From an uncultured delta proteobacterium (GTDB lineage Bacteria; Desulfobacterota; Desulfobaccia; Desulfobaccales; 0-14-0-80-60-11): DNA of 64,000 nucleotides. The notes under the pieces are model-generated. The model did no database searches and was not told the DNA's origin. It saw only the letters and a list, made by a program, of their open reading frames with translations. Shown here piece by piece: positions 59,687 to 64,000 of the stretch. Location: positions 80,605 to 144,604 of the forward strand of contig CAVZAM010000036.1 in the NCBI GenBank assembly GCA_963773285.1, read 5' to 3'. How positions within the stretch are numbered: position 1 is the stretch's first letter; every line of letters begins with the position of its first letter. The position numbers were made by a program, and so were the translations under genes.

Positions 59687-60634
59687 TCAGGTGATGCCGG
59701 CAGTCAGCCCGGTAACCTCGTAGAGGCTATATTCACCGCTTTTGCCGGGGAGAGTGACCCTGAGGGCGCGTCCTACCTGAACGTGGTTTTTTACCAAGTC
59801 GTAGGTGTCGGCCGAAATGAGGAACCTGGTCCCCGCCTGCTTGTTGGCGGCCTCGATACGGCTGGCCAAGTTCACCGCGTCGCCTATAACCGTCATTTTC
59901 TTGTTGCCGGGCACTCCCAGATTGCCGGCCACCACCTGACCGAAGTGCAGCCCGAGGCGGATGTGGAACTTTCTTTTAAACAATTGCTCTAAATAAGGCC
60001 CGAAGTTATCCACTGCCGTCAGCAGGGCGAGACCGGCCCTGACGGCCCGGAGGGACCCCTCGGCGGGGTCTTCGGACTCGAAGAGGGCCATGAAGCCGTC
60101 ACCCATGTAGCTGTCGACCTGGCCGCCGTGCTGGTCTATTACTTTGCCCACCAAGTGAAAATAGCGGTTCAAAACATGGATCACATCATAAGGGAGCAGA
60201 GCCTCGGCGAAGGGGGTGAAGCCGATGATGTCGGCGAAGAGGATGAGCACATGCTTCTCCACCCCCACCCCCCCCGGTTCGACCCCCCTGATGAAGAGGC
60301 TGCTCAGTTCCACATCTTCATCGTCAAGGACCAGTCGTCGAAGAGTAACGTCACCGGTGACCCTGGTCTGGCAGGCCAGGCGGATGCCGGCATCAAACTG
60401 CAACTGCATGGCAATGTTTTCCTCCGGCCCCGAACGCGGCCGGCAATGTTCCAGGCCCTCCTGGATTACGACCCGGCAGGTGGAGCAGCGGCCGTTGCCC
60501 CCGCAGACGTGGGCCAGGGGAATCCCGGCCCGCACCGCGGCCTCAAGGATAGTCTCCCCTTCCCCTATCTCCACATCCCTGTCATCCGGCAGGAAACGAA
60601 TCCTGGGCATATAAAAAGATATCATGTCTCCCAC
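59687..60634 (-). CDS. [2Fe-2S] ferredoxin domain fused to a class III adenylate/guanylate cyclase
   Basis: 'CGGNGRCSTC...RLACQ' (C-x5-C-x2-C...C). Then 'VLILFADIIGFTPFAE', 'SYMGDGFMALF', 'GLHFGQVVAGNLG...MTVIGDAVNLASRIE'. The start could also be an internal ATG (60625 or 60610). Confidence 0.8.
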   Translation of the reverse strand: MGDMISFYMPRIRFLPDDRDVEIGEGETILEAAVRAGIPLAHVCGGNGRCSTCRVVIQEGLEHCRPRSGPEENIAMQLQFDAGIRLACQTRVTGDVTLRRLVLDDEDVELSSLFIRGVEPGGVGVEKHVLILFADIIGFTPFAEALLPYDVIHVLNRYFHLVGKVIDQHGGQVDSYMGDGFMALFESEDPAEGSLRAVRAGLALLTAVDNFGPYLEQLFKRKFHIRLGLHFGQVVAGNLGVPGNKKMTVIGDAVNLASRIEAANKQAGTRFLISADTYDLVKNHVQVGRALRVTLPGKSGEYSLYEVTGLTAGIT

Positions 60635-60777
60635 GGTATTTTAAGATTTTTGGCAAAAGCCCACGACAACCTTCGAGTCTGACGGGCAAAAGGGCGCCCG
60701 GGGCGGTGGCGGCTGTTGCATATCGCCCCGGCATGCCCTAAGATAGCTGGTATCGAGATGGTCCGAGGAGGTTCGGG

Positions 60778-61242
60778 ATGGTGCTATATCTGGTCCAGCA
60801 TGCCGAGGCCAAAAGCGAGCAGGAAGACCCGCGGCGGGATCTCACCGAAAAAGGCCGCATGGATCTGGAAAGCGTGGCCCATCACCTGAAAAGACTGAAG
60901 GTGACCGTAAACCAGATCGTCCACAGCGGCAAGACCAGAGCCCTGACCACGGCCCGCATCATGGCCGAGCACCTGCAGCCGCCCGCAGGCATGGAAGAGG
61001 CCCCGGGGCTGGCCCCCCTGGATGACCCCCAGGTCTTTGCCGACCGCCTCGCCGCCGCGGACCAGGATCTCATGGTGGTGGGGCATCTCCCCCACCTGGG
61101 GAAGCTGGCTGGCTTACTGATGAGCGGTGACCAGGAAAGAGCTGTGGTTAATTTTCAGATGGGGGGCGCGGTGCGCTTAAGGCGCATGGCCGAGGGCCAG
61201 TGGGCCGTGGATTGGGTGATTGTCCCGGAAACGATCCTCTAG
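60778..61242 (+). CDS. sixA: Phosphohistidine phosphatase SixA
   Basis: 'LYLVQHAEA' (RHG-type His), 'SGKTRALTTA', 'MVVGHLPHL'. Confidence 0.8.
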   Translation: MVLYLVQHAEAKSEQEDPRRDLTEKGRMDLESVAHHLKRLKVTVNQIVHSGKTRALTTARIMAEHLQPPAGMEEAPGLAPLDDPQVFADRLAAADQDLMVVGHLPHLGKLAGLLMSGDQERAVVNFQMGGAVRLRRMAEGQWAVDWVIVPETIL

Positions 61243-61272
61243 GCAGGCTTAGGGGGTTGATTTGCCCGCGGA

Positions 61273-61767
61273 TTACCCTGAAACCGCGGCCGGCCGCACC
61301 TGGCATTCCACCCCCCACTCCTTCAGCCTGGCCGTGATCACTCCCAGCAGTTCCTCCAGCTTCTCCTGCATCAACTCGCTCAGCTCCAACCCAAGTTCGA
61401 TGGTCTGGGGCTGGATGCCGATGAGGCAGACTTCCCGGGGGGCGGTGCCCAGGAGCTGGGCCGCGGCCAGGACGTCCATCAGGCCCAGGTGGTGCAGGGA
61501 CCCCTTGGGCCCGAAGAGGGCCGGAATTTCCCGACCCTCTAAGATGCCGATGTAACCGGGTTCCTTGCGGAAATTCACCGCGTCCACGAAGAGCACCCGG
61601 TCGCGGCCCTCAATGTAGGGCAGCAGGTCCAGGCCCGAGGTGCCCCCGTCCACCACCTCCAACCCGGGGGGCAGCACCCCGCGGTCTTCCAGGGCCCGCA
61701 CCGCCGACACCCCCACCCCTTCATCCCGCATGAGGATGTTGCCTAAGCCGATGAGCGTTATTTGCAT
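61273..61767 (-). CDS. hybD: [NiFe] hydrogenase maturation endopeptidase
   Basis: 'ITLIGLGNILMRDEGVGV', 'VVDGGTSGLDLL', 'LFVDAV', 'SLHHLGL'. Confidence 0.85.
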   Translation of the reverse strand: MQITLIGLGNILMRDEGVGVSAVRALEDRGVLPPGLEVVDGGTSGLDLLPYIEGRDRVLFVDAVNFRKEPGYIGILEGREIPALFGPKGSLHHLGLMDVLAAAQLLGTAPREVCLIGIQPQTIELGLELSELMQEKLEELLGVITARLKEWGVECQVRPAAVSG

Positions 61768-61860
61768 TTCTAAGGATTACCCCCTAAACACAACAGGCCT
61801 GACCCGTCGGCCGCTTAAGATGGGCAGACTGCCCCATTACCCGGCGGGACCTGGGGCCGG

Positions 61861-61893
61861 CAATAAAAAGGGGCGAACCATAGGTCCGCCCCT
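61861..61893 (-). terminator. Intrinsic-terminator-like hairpin between hybC and hybD
   Basis: On the minus strand: AGGGGCG-GACCTATGGTT-CGCCCCT, then TTTTTATT. Confidence 0.45.
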
Positions 61894-61906
61894 AAACGTC
61901 GCAGAT

Positions 61907-63607
61907 TTACCTGACTTTCACCTGGATGATGGGCTGGCCCTCGGCGTCGGTCATGTGGATGGCGCAGGCCAGGCAGGGATCGAAGGAGTGGACCGTGCGG
62001 ATGACTTCCAGGGGCTTGTCGGGGTCCGCCACCGGGTTCCCCACCAGGGAGGCCTCGTAGGGCCCCAGGGCGTCGCTCTGGTTCCTGGGCCCGGAGTTCC
62101 AGGTGGACGGCACCACCGCCTGGTAGTTCTTGATCTTGTTGTCCTCGATGACGATCCAGTGGGACAAAATACCCCGGGGCGCCTCGTGGAAGCCGTAGCC
62201 CCGGGACTCCCCGGCCTTCATGACGTATTTGTTGCTGGTTTCGGTGTCACCCTTGCCGATGTTGTCCATCAGGGCCTGCCACTGCTTGCTGGCCTCGTCG
62301 TAAAGCACGGCGCAGCGGATGGCCCGGGCGGCGTGGCGGCCGATGGTGGAGTGCAGGGCCTCCGGCCCCACCTTGGCGCCCGCCAGTTTGCTGACCGTGT
62401 CCAGGGCCTGGGTGGCGTATTTTTTGGTGGGCTCGTGGCCCGCGGCCAGCATGCACAGCACGTTGGCCAGAGGCCCCACCTGGGCCGGCTTGTCGTTGAA
62501 GGTGGGGGACTTGACCCAGGAGTACTTGCCGTCGGCCGCAAAACCGCTGTACTTGGGAATGGTGGTCTCGTCCCAGGGATGCTTGGTCCAGTCGCCGTCA
62601 TACCAGGAGTGCTTGATGGACTCCTTGACGCCGTCCCGGAAGAAGTCGTCGTGGTACGAAGTGATGGGCTTGAAGGTCTTGAGGTCGGCGTTGGTGATAT
62701 AGCCGCCGGGCAGGCTGAAGACCGTGCCCTTGGTGTCCATGGGCATGTCCGGCGCCGACAGGTAGTTGGTGACGCCAGCCCCGTATTTGGTCCAGTCGGC
62801 GTACATGGCCCCCACCACGCAGACGTCCGGCAAGTAGACGTTCTTGACGAAGGCGCCCACCTCGTCGATGAGGGTCTTGATGTAGTAGAGGCGCTCCATG
62901 TTCAGGGCCGAGGGGCTGTCCAGGTTGATGGGGCTCGAGACCCCGCCCACGATGAGGTTCTGGACGTGGGGGGTCTTGCTCCCCAGGATGGAGACCACCA
63001 TGTTGATCTTGCGCTGATACTCCAGGGCCTGGAGGTAGTGGGTCACCGCCAGGAGGTTGACCTCCGGGGGGAGCTTCATGGCCGGGTGCCCCCAGTAGCC
63101 GTTGGCGAAGATGCCCAACTGCCCCGAAGCCACGATGGCCTTGAGCTTGTCCTGGACCGCCTGGAGCTCCTGGTAGCTGTTCCGGGGCCAGGGCGACAGC
63201 CCGTCGGCCAGCTGCGCCGCCTTTTTGGGGTCGGCCTTGAGCGCCGAGGTGATGTCCACCCAGTCCAGGGCCGACAGGATGTAAAAATGCACGATGTGGT
63301 CATGAGTGGCGTGGGCCGCCATCATCATGTTGCGGATGTACTGGGCGTTCAAGGGTACTTCGATATTCAGGGCGTTTTCGATTGACCTCACCGAGGTCAA
63401 GGCGTGTACGGTAGTTCAGACCCCGCATATTCGCTGGGTGAAGGTGGGAGCGTCCCGGGGGTCCCTCCCCAGCAGGATGACCTCGATGCCGCGCCACATC
63501 TGCCCCGACGACCAGGCGTTGGTGACCTTGCCGCCGTCCACCTCGCATTCGATGCGCAGATGCCCTTCGATCCGGGTTATGGGGTCGATAACGATTTTCT
63601 TGGCCAT
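61907..63607 (-). CDS. hybC: Hyb-type (group 1) [NiFe] hydrogenase large subunit with an in-frame TGA (candidate Sec) at the second Cys of the N-terminal motif
   Basis: Collinear with E. coli HybC from '[14 protein letters not shown]' to '[11 protein letters not shown]' plus a tail. ORFs 63416..63607 and 61907..63400 share one frame and are separated only by the TGA at 63416-63418 (QRICGV-TGA-TTVHAL). Confidence 0.85.
63382..63400 (-). promoter_or_regulatory. SECIS-like hairpin 15 nt downstream of the hybC in-frame TGA
   Basis: UUGACCU-CGGUG-AGGUCAA, a perfect 7-bp stem. The loop starts at nt 26 from the U of UGA. Confidence 0.45.
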
Positions 63608-63628
63608 AGTTTACGTCTCCTTAAAGGG

Positions 63629-64000
63629 TTAGGCGTGCTCGACCTGAGGCAGCACCGGGAATCTCTTGACAAAATAGAGGTAGGCCATCAACTCGAAGGC
63701 CACGATACCCAGGGTGATGAGGATCTCCTGGGTGGCCGGGAAATAACGCCATCCCGGGCCCGGGTCGAAGCCGATGAGGAAGGCGTTGAAGCGGTACAGG
63801 GCCGCTGCCAGGATCAGGGAGCTCGACACCACGAAGAGCCAGCGGAGGTCTTTTTGCCAGGCCGGGTTGGCCAGCAGCAGGACGGGCATCAGGAACAGGA
63901 GGTTTTCCGCCATAAAGGCCACGGTTTGGGGACCCGAGGTGAAAACCGGCGCCCCCCTGAAGATGAGATCGCCCAGGCGCACCACCAGGTAGATCACCGC
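63629..64000 (-). CDS. hybB: NrfD/HybB-type integral membrane subunit (3' part; the gene continues past the window end)
   Basis: Hydrophobic C-terminal segments ending '...FVKRFPVLPQVEHA'. It sits immediately upstream of hybC, as in hybOABCD. Confidence 0.6.
   Translation of the reverse strand, partial: AVIYLVVRLGDLIFRGAPVFTSGPQTVAFMAENLLFLMPVLLLANPAWQKDLRWLFVVSSSLILAAALYRFNAFLIGFDPGPGWRYFPATQEILITLGIVAFELMAYLYFVKRFPVLPQVEHA

Noticed and set aside
1-64000. Search for CRISPR arrays, IS elements or transposases, integrases, prophage genes, toxin-antitoxin pairs and known defence systems.
   Set aside because: No spaced direct-repeat arrays were found. No ORF has transposase, integrase or phage hallmark motifs. 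The UvrD-like helicase is paired with an EndoQ-type PHP nuclease rather than an OLD/TOPRIM (Gabija-type) partner.

Overview
GC-rich chromosomal segment, probably from an anaerobic hydrogen-metabolising bacterium of the deltaproteobacterial/Thermodesulfobacteriota type; that guess rests on gene content only. I can support about 57 protein-coding genes. No rRNA, tRNA, CRISPR array, transposase, integrase or recognisable defence system is visible.

Gene content, in order:
- mtaB and lpxC
- an orphan NarL-type response regulator
- an endonuclease-Q-like PHP nuclease joined or coupled to a compact UvrD-like helicase
- an AmgK-like kinase and an MscK-like mechanosensitive channel
- a soluble MgtE-N/CBS protein followed by an NRAMP-related (NRMT-type) transporter
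- a Cache-HAMP-PAS histidine kinase and a CHASE2 cyclase
- pstS-C-A-B-B, then corA
- peroxiredoxin and a MerR-TPR protein
- rplM-rpsI-argC-truA
- a B12-dependent radical-SAM enzyme
- a GlgE-pathway/trehalose locus (glgM-like, treS-pep2, glgE, treY, treZ)
- six tiny stress-type genes
- a DCCP-like 2-hydroxyacyl-CoA-dehydratase-family protein with its activator ATPase
- a [2Fe-2S]-ferredoxin-cyclase fusion and sixA
- the 3' end of a Hyb-type [NiFe] hydrogenase operon (hybB-hybC-hybD)

Main caveat: at least 12 single-nucleotide frameshifts split otherwise intact conserved genes, mostly at short homopolymers. This looks like assembly indel error rather than biology.

Most interesting observations:
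1. An in-frame TGA sits exactly at the second (Ni-Fe bridging) Cys of the N-terminal RxCGxC motif of the HybC-like large subunit, followed by a SECIS-like hairpin. This is a candidate selenocysteine at a position I do not know to be described.
2. A small lipoprotein-like ORF has a Cys-TGA pair and a hairpin at the same spacing. It lies upstream of the B12 radical-SAM gene.
3. A good sigma-54 promoter match precedes a roughly 115-nt C-rich, terminator-ended sRNA candidate upstream of the pst operon.
4. An EndoQ-UvrD fusion is restored by removing one C from a C5 run.
5. The split MgtE-sensor plus NRMT transporter pair.
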